This document shows positions 19,171 to 28,200 of a stretch of 64,000 bases of DNA, in pieces (within the stretch, counting starts at the first letter, position 1; each line of letters opens with the position of its first letter). Both the position numbers and the translations under genes were made by a program. Under the pieces are notes generated by a model. That model made no database searches. It worked only from the letters and a program-made list of their open reading frames with translations, and had not been told where the DNA came from. The stretch is from an uncultured Olsenella sp. (GTDB lineage: Bacteria; Actinomycetota; Coriobacteriia; Coriobacteriales; Atopobiaceae), in assembly GCA_949296375.1 (NCBI GenBank), contig CASFQX010000020.1, forward strand, positions 249 through 64,248, read 5' to 3'.

Positions 19171-19365
19171 GTCTACCTCCTGTTGTCCTATCACTCAAAA
19201 CTCTATTCCCAAGATGTGCATATCGTTCGCCTGGATAGCTGAATGGGGCTTATGGGGCCGCGAGCGGGAAGATGTGCCATAATATCCAACCGGTGCCCTT
19301 GGAATTTGGACACCTTCGATGCGTCTACAGTCGGCGGCTTCGCCGCCCGCCATAAGGAGGCACGC

Positions 19366-20967
19366 ATGATCATCGAGGAACTTCAGCGCTACGGAATCGC
19401 CCACACGGAGGAGAAGACCGTCATCGACGCCTCTCCCGCCGTGCTGATCGAGACCGCTGTCGAGCGCGGCGAGGGCGAGCTCACGAGCACCGGCTCCCTC
19501 TCCGTCATCACCGGGCAGTACACCGGTCGCTCACCCAAGGACCGCTTCATCGTTGACACGCCCGACGTTCACGACAAGATCGCCTGGGGCAACGTCAACG
19601 TGCCGTTCTCAGAGGAGAACTACCAGAAGATCAAGAGCGAGGTCATCGGCCACCTCTCCGAGCGCCGCCTCTTCGTCGTGCACGGCCTCGCGGGCGCGGA
19701 GCGCCGCTACTCTCGCAAGATTTGCGCCATCTGCGAGCTCGCGAGCCAGGCGCTCTTCGTGCACCAGATGCTCGTGCGTCCCACCGACGACGAGCTCCGC
19801 AACTTCGGCGAGGCTGACTTCGTCGTCATGGCCGCCCCCACCCTCAAGCTCGACCCCGAGGTTCACGGCACCCACTCCGAGGCCGCCGTCCTCATCAACT
19901 TCCAGGAGCGCATGATCCTCGTCGTGGGCACCCAGTACTCCGGCGAGATCAAGAAGTCCATCTTCTCGGTCATGAACTACCTGCTCCCCGTTGAGGACAA
20001 CGTTCTTACCATGCACTGCTCCTGCAACATGAACCCGCGCTCCCACGGCACCACGGTCTTCTTCGGTCTCTCCGGCACCGGCAAGACCACCCTTTCTGCC
20101 GCCGAGGACCGTCTCCTCATCGGCGACGACGAGCACGGCTGGGCCGAGGACCGCGTCTTCAACATCGAGGGTGGCTGCTACGCCAAGACCATCGACATCA
20201 CGCCTGAGACCGAGCCGCAGATCTGGAACGCCATTCGCTTCGGCTCCATGTGCGAGAACGTCGTGATCGACGACGAGACGCGCGTGGCCGACTACTTCGA
20301 CACCTCCCTCACCGAGAACGGTCGCGTGGCCTATCCGGTCGAGTTCGTCCCTGGTGCCGTTGCCAAGGGCCGCGCCAAGCGTACCCCTGACGTCGTGATC
20401 TTCCTCACCGCTGACGCCTTCGGCGTCCTGCCCCCGATCGCCAAGCTTGACCGCAACGCCGCCATGTATCACTTCATGACCGGCTTCACCTCCAAGGTTG
20501 CCGGCACCGAGCGTGGCATCAAGGAGCCGCAGCCCACGTTCTCCTCGCTCTTTGGCGAGCCGTTCATGCCGCTCGACCCCAACGTCTACGCACAGATGCT
20601 CGGTGAGAAGATCGACAAGGGCGGTGTGCGCGTCTACCTGATCAACACTGGTTGGACCGGCGGCCCCTACGGCGTGGGCAAGCGCATGAAGCTCGCCTAC
20701 ACCCGCAAGATGGTCGAGGCCGCCCAGTCCGGCATCATCGACGACTCCGAGTTCGTCCACGACGAGCGCTTCAACCTCGACGTCCCCACGTCCTGCCCCG
20801 GCGTCCCCAGCGAGCTGCTCAACGCTCGCAACACCTGGGAGGATCGCAGCGCCTACGACGAGATGGCCGAGAAGCTCGCCCAGATGTTCGTCGACAACGC
20901 CGATAAGCGCCTCACCACGATGTCGCCCGAGGTCCGTGCCGCCGGCCCCAAGCCCATCGGTCGCTAG
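19366..20967 (+). CDS. pckA: Phosphoenolpyruvate carboxykinase (ATP)
   Basis: TGRSPKDR, YSGEIKK, FGLSGTGKTTLS, LIGDDEHGW, EGGCYAK, TENGR; RBS aaggagg. Confidence 0.97.
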   Translation: MIIEELQRYGIAHTEEKTVIDASPAVLIETAVERGEGELTSTGSLSVITGQYTGRSPKDRFIVDTPDVHDKIAWGNVNVPFSEENYQKIKSEVIGHLSERRLFVVHGLAGAERRYSRKICAICELASQALFVHQMLVRPTDDELRNFGEADFVVMAAPTLKLDPEVHGTHSEAAVLINFQERMILVVGTQYSGEIKKSIFSVMNYLLPVEDNVLTMHCSCNMNPRSHGTTVFFGLSGTGKTTLSAAEDRLLIGDDEHGWAEDRVFNIEGGCYAKTIDITPETEPQIWNAIRFGSMCENVVIDDETRVADYFDTSLTENGRVAYPVEFVPGAVAKGRAKRTPDVVIFLTADAFGVLPPIAKLDRNAAMYHFMTGFTSKVAGTERGIKEPQPTFSSLFGEPFMPLDPNVYAQMLGEKIDKGGVRVYLINTGWTGGPYGVGKRMKLAYTRKMVEAAQSGIIDDSEFVHDERFNLDVPTSCPGVPSELLNARNTWEDRSAYDEMAEKLAQMFVDNADKRLTTMSPEVRAAGPKPIGR

Positions 20968-21034
20968 GCTCCTCTAGCACAGATTGTCTCCCTGCGGGGT
21001 CGAGGCTCTTCTCGGCCCCGCATTTCCTTTTTCG

Positions 21035-21140
21035 AGGTTGTGCGCACACTTCAATACCTAATGCACTTCTTGCCATTGCGTCTACCTGCGGATTTGTCGA
21101 GAAGAACCTAATATCAAACCTAAAAATGTGTACACAACAT
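21035..21140. repeat. Diverged gene-less copy of the repeat that flanks the 40232-41176 gene
   Basis: aggttgtgcgca at 21035; 21066-21097 matches 41473-41504 at 26/32 without gaps; inverted tgtacacaac at 21129. Confidence 0.65.
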
Positions 21141-21182
21141 GTGCCATTACCCTTGTAATCAGCGGTTCTGTCTTGGTATGAG

Positions 21183-21213
21183 AAAGGCCCCGGCGCCATA
21201 TGGCGTCGGGGCC
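21183..21213 (-). terminator. Terminator after pta
   Basis: ggccccggcgcca/tggcgtcggggcc stem with T-run on the minus strand. Confidence 0.6.
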
Positions 21214-21241
21214 AGGCGGTGGCAGTTCTCGATGCCCGCTG

Positions 21242-22234
21242 CTAGTTCATCTCCGCCATCTGGGCCTGGACCGCGGTGATGGCCACAACACCCACGATGT
21301 CGTCGGCCACGCAGCCGCGGGAGAGGTCGTTCACCGGCTTGGCGATGCCCTGAAGGATGGGGCCGTAGGCCTCTGCGTTGCCAAAGCGCTGGACGAGCTT
21401 GTAGCCGATGTTTCCGGTCTCGAGGTTGGGGAAGACGAGCACGTTGGCGTGGCCCGCGACCTTGCTCTCCGGAGCCTTGAGGGCGGCAACCTCGGGAACG
21501 ATTGCGGCGTCGAGCTGGAGGTCGCCGTCGATGGCGAGCTCGGGGGCCTTCTCCTTGGCAAAGGTCGTGGCCTCCTGGACCTTCTTGGCGGTGTCTCCAC
21601 CGGCGGAGCCCATCGTGGAGTAGGAGAGCATGGCAACCTTGGGCTCCACGTCGTCCATGAAGGTGGCGAAGGAGTTGGCGGAGGCGATGGCGATCTCGGA
21701 GAGCTCGTCGGAGGTGGGATCGATGTTCAGGCCGCAGTCTGCGAAGACGAGCGTGCCGTCGGCACCGTACTGCGGGGTCTTGGTGCACATGACCATGAAG
21801 GCGGAGACAAGCTTGGTGCCCGGGGCAGTCTTCAGGATCTGAAGCGCGGGGCGCAACGTGTTGGCCGTGGAGTGGCAGGCGCCGGAGACCAGGCCGTCGG
21901 CATCGCCCATCTTGACCATCATGGTTCCGTAGTAGGTGGCGTCCATCATCTGGGCACGTGCCTGCTCGATCGTGACGCCCTTCTTGGCGCGCAGCTCGGC
22001 GAACTTCTGGGCATAGGCCTCGTGCTTGGGTGCCGTAGGGGAGGTCGGGTCGATGACGGTCACGCCGTCGACGTCGATCTTCGCGGGGTCACCAAGGATG
22101 ACGAGGTTGGCGAGGTCCTCTGCCACGATCTTGCGCGCAGCCTCCAGGGTGCGCGGGTCCTCGCCCTCAGGCAGGACGATCGTCTTCTTGTAGGCCTTGG
22201 CCGCGGCCTTCATGCGGGCGAGAAAATCGCTCAT
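21242..22234 (-). CDS. pta: Phosphate acetyltransferase
   Basis: IVLPEGEDPR, ADGLVSGA, FADCG, AMLSYSTMGS, DGDLQLDAA, PVNDLSRG. Confidence 0.97.
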   Translation of the reverse strand: MSDFLARMKAAAKAYKKTIVLPEGEDPRTLEAARKIVAEDLANLVILGDPAKIDVDGVTVIDPTSPTAPKHEAYAQKFAELRAKKGVTIEQARAQMMDATYYGTMMVKMGDADGLVSGACHSTANTLRPALQILKTAPGTKLVSAFMVMCTKTPQYGADGTLVFADCGLNIDPTSDELSEIAIASANSFATFMDDVEPKVAMLSYSTMGSAGGDTAKKVQEATTFAKEKAPELAIDGDLQLDAAIVPEVAALKAPESKVAGHANVLVFPNLETGNIGYKLVQRFGNAEAYGPILQGIAKPVNDLSRGCVADDIVGVVAITAVQAQMAEMN

Positions 22235-22410
22235 CAAAGCTCCTTCACTCACGTTTACATGCCGTTTGCGCACATGACTTTCGCACGTGGGGTGAGCGTA
22301 GACGTGTGCACGGGTCCATTATAGGTTTGAGGTGATAGAATCAGGCAGACGATTGGGTGAGCGTGCGCTTGTCGTTCGCTCTTCGCATTGTTCGCTCAGA
22401 GAGGATTTTC

Positions 22411-23613
22411 ATGGCTATCTCAAAGGGTCTGCCCGTCGGTTTTTCTCCTGACTCCTATGACGCCGTCGTCGTTGGTGCCGGATACGCCGGTGCGGTTTGC
22501 GCCCGCAGGCTCGTTGAGTCCTGTGGCTTCAAGGTGTGCATTCTCGAGCGTCGCGACCACATCGCGGGCAACGCCTACGATTACGTTGACGATGCGGGAA
22601 TCCTCGTCCACAAGTACGGTCCACACATCTACCACACCACCAACGAGCGCGTGAACGAGTTCCTCTCGCGTTTCACCGAGTGGACCAACTACCAGCACAA
22701 GGTCCTCGCGAACATCCACGGGACCCTCATGCCCGTGCCCTTCAACCATCGTTCCCTCAAGCTCGCCTTTGGCGAGGAGAAGGGCGAGCGTCTCTACCAG
22801 AAGCTCGTGGAGACCTTCGGCGAGAACAAGAAGGTCCCCATCATGGAGCTGAGGGAGAAGAACGACCCCGAGCTGGCTGAGGTTGCCGACTACGTCTTTG
22901 AGAACGTCTTCCTCTACTACACGATGAAGCAGTGGGGGCAGACCCCCGATCAGATTGACCCCTCGATCACCGGGCGCGTCCCCGTGTTCGTTGGTGACGA
23001 CGACCGCTACTTCCCAGGCGCCCCCTTCCAGGGCATGCCTGCCGACGGCTACACCGTGCTCTTCGAGCACATGCTCGACCACGACTGCATCGACGTGTTC
23101 CTGGACGTTGACGCGCGCGACATCCTGAAGGTTGGGGAGGGCAGCGTGAGCGTGTGCGGCAGGCCCTATGGCGGCGAGGTCATCTACACCGGTCCTCTCG
23201 ACGAGCTCTTTGACCTTGACCTCGGGGCGCTCCCGTATCGCACGCTGGACATGGACTTCGAGACCCTCGACATGGATCAGTTCCAGCCCGTTGGTACCGT
23301 CAACTACACCACGAGCGAGGACTTCACGCGCATCACCGAGTTCAAGAACATGACTGGTCAGGTCGTTCCCGGCAAGACCACCATCATGCGCGAGTTTTCC
23401 AAGGCCTACACGCCCGGCAGCGGCGAGACGCCCTACTACGCCATCCTCGAGGACGCCAACCTCGAGCTCTACCGGCGCTATCGCGCGCGCGTGGAGGACG
23501 TCGTCAACTTCCACTGCGTAGGCCGCCTCGCCGAGTACCGCTACTACGACATGGACGGGGTCGTTGCCTCCGCGCTCGACCTCTCGGATGAGATCATCTC
23601 GCAGCACAGCTAA
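22411..23613 (+). CDS. glf: UDP-galactopyranose mutase
   Basis: VGAGYAG, HIAGNAYD, HKYGPHIYHT, YTMKQWG, TRITEFK, PYY, GRLAEYRYYDMD. Confidence 0.95.
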   Translation: MAISKGLPVGFSPDSYDAVVVGAGYAGAVCARRLVESCGFKVCILERRDHIAGNAYDYVDDAGILVHKYGPHIYHTTNERVNEFLSRFTEWTNYQHKVLANIHGTLMPVPFNHRSLKLAFGEEKGERLYQKLVETFGENKKVPIMELREKNDPELAEVADYVFENVFLYYTMKQWGQTPDQIDPSITGRVPVFVGDDDRYFPGAPFQGMPADGYTVLFEHMLDHDCIDVFLDVDARDILKVGEGSVSVCGRPYGGEVIYTGPLDELFDLDLGALPYRTLDMDFETLDMDQFQPVGTVNYTTSEDFTRITEFKNMTGQVVPGKTTIMREFSKAYTPGSGETPYYAILEDANLELYRRYRARVEDVVNFHCVGRLAEYRYYDMDGVVASALDLSDEIISQHS

Positions 23614-23647
23614 GGAGACTCGGGGCGCCCGGGTGGAAGGGGAAACA

Positions 23648-24682
23648 ATGGACAAGACCATCACCTTTGGCATTCCGTGCTACAACTCCTCCGCCTACAT
23701 GGACCACTGTATCGAGTCAATTCTCGAGGGCACCGAGTACGCCGAGGACGTGGAGATCATCATCGTTGACGACGGCTCCGCGAAGGACGATACGCCCCAA
23801 AAGGCGGATGCGTGGGCGGAGCGCCACCCTTCGATCATCCGTGCCATCCACCAGGAGAACGGGGGACATGGCGCCGCTGTGATGAAGGCCGTCTCAAACG
23901 CGCGCGGCGTCTACTTCAAGAACATCGACTCCGACGACTGGGTTGACGGCGATGCCGTGATGGCGCTTCTCGGCCAGCTTCGCAACTTCATCAGGCTCGG
24001 CGAGCACGTGGACCTTGTCATCACCAACTTCGTCTACGAGCACGTGGAGGACGATACCCAGAACTTTGTGAACTATCGTCGCGTCCTCCCGGTTGGCAAG
24101 ATCTTCTCGTGGAACGACATGGGACGCTTCAAGCCGTGGCAGTACCTGCTCATGCATGCGCTCACCTATCGCGTTGACGTTCTCCGTGAGGCGGGGCTCA
24201 AGCTTCCCCCGCACACCTTCTACGTTGACAACATCTACGCGTACGTGCCGTTCCCGGTCTGCAGGAGCATCTACTACCTTGACGTTGACGTCTATCGTTA
24301 CTTCATCGGGCGCGACGACCAGTCTGTGAACGACACCGTGCTCACGAGTCGCGTAGACCACTACTGGCGCGTCGCGCGCGTCATGATGCATGCCTATCAC
24401 GTGTATCGTGACGTGCCCTCCGTGAGGCTGCGCAGCTACATGATGAACTACTTTACGATCATCATGGCCATCTGCTCCGTGTTCACCAAGAAGAGCGACC
24501 GCGCGGATGCGAGCGACGAGCTCAAGGCCCTCTGGGACGAGCTCAAGGCCTACGACCGGAGGATGTATCGTCGAGCTCGCCACGGGATCATCGGCATGGC
24601 TACGAACCTTCCCGGCACCGTCGGGCGCGCGCTCACGCTTGCGGGCTACCGCGCCGCACAGAAGCTCGTGAAGTTCAATTAA
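23648..24682 (+). CDS. Glycosyltransferase family 2
   Basis: IPCYN, IIVDDGS, ENGGHG, DSDDW, YFIGRDDQSVN. Confidence 0.9.
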   Translation: MDKTITFGIPCYNSSAYMDHCIESILEGTEYAEDVEIIIVDDGSAKDDTPQKADAWAERHPSIIRAIHQENGGHGAAVMKAVSNARGVYFKNIDSDDWVDGDAVMALLGQLRNFIRLGEHVDLVITNFVYEHVEDDTQNFVNYRRVLPVGKIFSWNDMGRFKPWQYLLMHALTYRVDVLREAGLKLPPHTFYVDNIYAYVPFPVCRSIYYLDVDVYRYFIGRDDQSVNDTVLTSRVDHYWRVARVMMHAYHVYRDVPSVRLRSYMMNYFTIIMAICSVFTKKSDRADASDELKALWDELKAYDRRMYRRARHGIIGMATNLPGTVGRALTLAGYRAAQKLVKFN

Positions 24683-24697
24683 CGCACGGACTGCGGT

Positions 24698-24765
24698 GAG
24701 CCCCGCCGTCCTTCTCTCCAGAAGTGCACTTTGCGAAACTTCTTATGAGAAGGGCGGCGGGGCTC
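24698..24765. repeat. Hairpin element with apical core AAGTGCACTTTGCGAAACTT; may also act as a bidirectional terminator
   Basis: Arms gagccccgccgtccttctc / gagaagggcggcggggctc; core 18/20 identical to 11896-11915. Confidence 0.8.
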
Positions 24766-24803
24766 CCAGTCACGTACGGTGTCGCACGTTGGTAGTTTGG
24801 TAG

Positions 24804-25781
24804 CTAGAGGTCGCGGGCGGCGGGGTAGCCGTGTGCGGACGTTGCCTGTCGGGCGCCGTCGGCTATGGCCCGGCCGAGTGCGCGCGTTGCTAAGGCGCCC
24901 ACTACGTCCACGGGGGCATCCACCTCGCCCGTTGCCATCACGAAGACAGTGTCGCCGTCATTGGTCGTGTGGGTGGGGGAGATGGCGTGCGCGTAGGCGT
25001 CTGCCGACATCTGGGCCACCTTCGTTGCCTGTGCCTTGGTGAGGCGGGCGTTGGTCACCACACAGGAGATGGTGGTGTTCGTCCGCGCGAGGGGCATGCG
25101 GGCAAATCCGCCGAGAAGGACATCGACGGTGTCTGCAAGCGCCGATCCGTCCTCGGTTCTCACGCCGGCGATCTTCTGACCCGTGTTTGGGTCTCGCACG
25201 TCCCCGCATGCGTTGACCGCAGCGATTGCCCCGCAGACGAGCTCGCCGGCCTGCTCGACATCCTCCCCGAGGCCGGACTTCATCGCGCGCTCAGGTCCCG
25301 CGAGCTTGCCGACGGTACAGCCCGCTCCGGCGCCGACGTTGCCGCGCTCGAGGGGCTGGGAGCCTGAGTCCAGGGCTGCCGCGCAGGCGGCCCGACCGTC
25401 GTCGACGGTTGGGCGGATGCTCGGATCTCCGCAGGCGAGGTCGAAGAGGCAGGCACCTGAGACGATGGGAACGCGCGACACGCCCACGTCAAGTCCGTAT
25501 CCGCGCCTCTCGAGCTCCTCTGCGACGCCGCACGCCGCGGAGAGTCCAAAGGCGCTGCCCCCGGACAGGACAACGGCATGGAGGACGTCCACGGTCTCCT
25601 CGGGGCGCAGCAGGTCCGTCTCGCGGGTGGCCGGCGCGCCCCCTCGGACGTCCACGCCGCCGGTCGCGCCGCTCGGGCATACGATTGCCGTGCACCCCGT
25701 GGCTGCCGCCTCGTTGGAGACCTGTCCAACAAAGACGCCGGGAATCTGGGTGATGCTCTCGATGGTCTTCTCGCTAGGCAT
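24804..25781 (-). CDS. P1 family (DmpA-like) peptidase
   Basis: GVDVRGGAPATRETDLL, LSGGSAFGL, GNVGAGAG, NTT, PTHT..DGDTVF. Confidence 0.9.
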   Translation of the reverse strand: MPSEKTIESITQIPGVFVGQVSNEAAATGCTAIVCPSGATGGVDVRGGAPATRETDLLRPEETVDVLHAVVLSGGSAFGLSAACGVAEELERRGYGLDVGVSRVPIVSGACLFDLACGDPSIRPTVDDGRAACAAALDSGSQPLERGNVGAGAGCTVGKLAGPERAMKSGLGEDVEQAGELVCGAIAAVNACGDVRDPNTGQKIAGVRTEDGSALADTVDVLLGGFARMPLARTNTTISCVVTNARLTKAQATKVAQMSADAYAHAISPTHTTNDGDTVFVMATGEVDAPVDVVGALATRALGRAIADGARQATSAHGYPAARDL

Positions 25782-26406
25782 GGGGTCCTCCGATTCTGAT
25801 CGCATCCGCGACGAGGTCACAGGTATTCGGGGTTAGGGACGCGAGCTCGCGTACGAGACGGGCTATGGGGAGGCCGACGACGTTCGAGTAGTCTCCAGCG
25901 ATGCCCCTCACGAGGAGGCGACCGGCTCCCTGGATGCCATAGGCACCTGCCTTGTCCAGCGGCTCCCCGGTGGCGACATAGGCGTCGATCTCTGCCTGGG
26001 AGAGGTCCCAGAACGTCACCTCGGTGGTCTCAACGAATCGTGTCTGAGCTGCGCAGGAGCCGTCGACGTCGAGCTTCATCGCGCACACGCCGGTCGAGAC
26101 GAAATGGGTCCTGCCAGAGAGCTCTTCAAGCATCCGGCGCGCATCATCGGCGTCCTCGGGCTTCCCGAGGGCCTCGCCGCCCATCCAGACGATCGTGTCT
26201 GCGGCAACGAGGAGGCCGTCATCGGGGCTCGTCATGAGTTGAGACCGAACCGCCTCGGCCTTCTCGGCGGCAAGGCGCGCCACGAGGTCTACGGGCCTCT
26301 CGTTGGGAAGGCGCATCTCGTCGATGTCTGCGGGGACGACCTCGAGTGAGAATCCGGAGTCGGAGAGCAGCTCGTATCGGCGCGGCGACTGTGAGGCGAG
26401 GATCAT
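25774..26406 (-). CDS. maf: Maf family nucleoside triphosphate pyrophosphatase
   Basis: ILASQSPRR, AADTIV, LGKP, LSGRTH, GEPLDKAGAYGIQG, NVVGLP. Confidence 0.93.
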   Translation of the reverse strand: MILASQSPRRYELLSDSGFSLEVVPADIDEMRLPNERPVDLVARLAAEKAEAVRSQLMTSPDDGLLVAADTIVWMGGEALGKPEDADDARRMLEELSGRTHFVSTGVCAMKLDVDGSCAAQTRFVETTEVTFWDLSQAEIDAYVATGEPLDKAGAYGIQGAGRLLVRGIAGDYSNVVGLPIARLVRELASLTPNTCDLVADAIRIGGPHA

Positions 26407-26458
26407 GCAGTGCCTTTCTGCGGGAAAGGGGTTAGACCCCCTCTTCGCGTTTAGATAC

Positions 26459-26489
26459 AAAAATGCGGGGACCGACTTGCGGCCCCCGC
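26459..26489 (-). terminator. Terminator after the ferredoxin gene
   Basis: gcggggaccg/cggcccccgc stem with T5 on the minus strand. Confidence 0.6.
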
Positions 26490-26515
26490 GATACGTCTTG
26501 ATGACGCGTGCCGAG

Positions 26516-26701
26516 TTACTCGACGACGATGGCGGAGACGGGGCAGTTGTCAGCAGCCTCCTGGGCGGCGTCCTCGGCCTCCTCGGGAACGTCCTCCTCG
26601 ATGGCAACGGCGACGCCGTCGTCAGAGATGGAAAAGACGTCGGGGCAGGTGCCCTCGCAGAGTCCGCAGCCGATGCAATCCTCGTTGACCGTAGCCTTCA
26701 T
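26516..26701 (-). CDS. Single-cluster ferredoxin
   Basis: CIGCGLCEGTCPDVF ... CPVSAI; 61 aa, acidic. Confidence 0.93.
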   Translation of the reverse strand: MKATVNEDCIGCGLCEGTCPDVFSISDDGVAVAIEEDVPEEAEDAAQEAADNCPVSAIVVE

Positions 26702-26868
26702 GTTTGGATCCTCTCTCTTGCCTGGGCCCCCTGCCCAGGTTCCCTCTTTTTGTACACGTTTCCGTCCGGCAGCGCAACCGAAATTCCCGTATAGGCGAAA
26801 ATGACGGCCAACGGTTGTGAGCTGCTCTTTTATTCCTACCAATTTGGAGGGGATTAGCCATTTCGTGC

Positions 26869-28200
26869 CTAGGTACGCTCGAGGATGGTCACCGTCTCAA
26901 CGTGGTAGGTCTGCGGGAAGAGGTCCACGGGGGTTATGCTCCTGGGCTTGAAGACGCCAGCAGACGCAAAGCGAGCGAGGTCGCGGGCGAGCGTGGCAGG
27001 GTCGCAGGACACGTAGGCAATGGCACGGGCGGGCTGCTCGGAGAGCTGCGCCACCACGTCCTCCGCGAGGCCGGCCCGGGGAGGGTCGACGACGATGACG
27101 TCCACGTCCGTGTCCGGGAACTCTCTGCCGGCGTCCCCTCCGATGGGATCGACGTTTCCGAGACCCGCCCTCTCGAGGTTTCTGCGTAGGTCGCGCACAG
27201 CGGGCCCGTATGACTCAACGGCGGAGACGAAGGCGCTCCTTCTCGCGAGAGGGAGCGTGAAGGTTCCGGCGCCGCAGTAGAGGTCCATCGCCTCCTCGTC
27301 CTCCCGGGGATCGAGGCCGTCGAGCACGAGCTCTACGAGCTTCTCGGCTCCTCTCGTGTTCACCTGGAAAAAAGATGGGGCAGAGATGCGCATGCGCTCA
27401 GAAGCCACGAGCTCCGTCCATGAGCCGGCCCCGGAGAGGCACTCGACCCCCGCGATGCGCCGTGCCTTTGCCGGACCCCTCTGCATGACGCGTACGACCG
27501 AGGTGGGGTGCAGCGCATCGGCGAGCACCTTGGCCACCTGGGGGCGCGGGAAGGGACCGGGACGTCCCCAGAGGGCGACCTCGACCTCCTTGGTCCTTCT
27601 CGAGACTCGAATGCCGACGCGCTCCAGGCCGAGCTCGTGCGAGCCGGCAAGATAGGAAAGCGCCCCAGAAACCGCCTTCACTGCCTTGGAGCCAAACTTG
27701 TCGAGGAGCCTGCACTCCTTGACGCGGACGACGTCACCCTCGCTGCGTCCGTGCATCCCGAGTGTCACGCGACCGCCGTCGCTCGCAACGGCGAGCTCGA
27801 CCTTGTTGCGATAGCCCCAAGGCTCCCCGGGGGAGACGATCGGGGAGACGAGCGCGCCCGAACGCTCGTCGCCAAGCTTGCCGATGCGCGAGAGGGCGTC
27901 TACGACGCCGGACCGCTTTGCCTCGGCCTGTGCCTCGTAGGACAGACTCGCCCAAGGGCAGCCGCCGCAGACGAAGGCATAGGGGCAGAGGGGCGTCACG
28001 CGGTCTGGGGACGGCTCCAGAACCTCCGTCGCATTCGCATGTGCCCAGCGACGCTCCTCGCGGTCTATCACGGCGCGCACCCTGTCTCCGGCGACTGCGC
28101 CGGAAACGAACACGGTCCTGCCCTCGGCGTCATGCGCGAGGGCGTCGGGGCCATAGGTCATTTTCTCGCAGACGAGCTCGAGCTCCTGGCTTGCGCTCAC
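26869..28200 (-). CDS. rlmD: 23S rRNA (uracil-C5)-methyltransferase, RlmD/TrmA family
   Basis: TRAM-like N-terminus, C....CGGC, YRNK, SFFQVN, DLYCGAG, DPPRAGL, YVSCDPATLARD, DLFPQTYHVE. Confidence 0.9.
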   Translation of the reverse strand: MSASQELELVCEKMTYGPDALAHDAEGRTVFVSGAVAGDRVRAVIDREERRWAHANATEVLEPSPDRVTPLCPYAFVCGGCPWASLSYEAQAEAKRSGVVDALSRIGKLGDERSGALVSPIVSPGEPWGYRNKVELAVASDGGRVTLGMHGRSEGDVVRVKECRLLDKFGSKAVKAVSGALSYLAGSHELGLERVGIRVSRRTKEVEVALWGRPGPFPRPQVAKVLADALHPTSVVRVMQRGPAKARRIAGVECLSGAGSWTELVASERMRISAPSFFQVNTRGAEKLVELVLDGLDPREDEEAMDLYCGAGTFTLPLARRSAFVSAVESYGPAVRDLRRNLERAGLGNVDPIGGDAGREFPDTDVDVIVVDPPRAGLAEDVVAQLSEQPARAIAYVSCDPATLARDLARFASAGVFKPRSITPVDLFPQTYHVETVTILERT

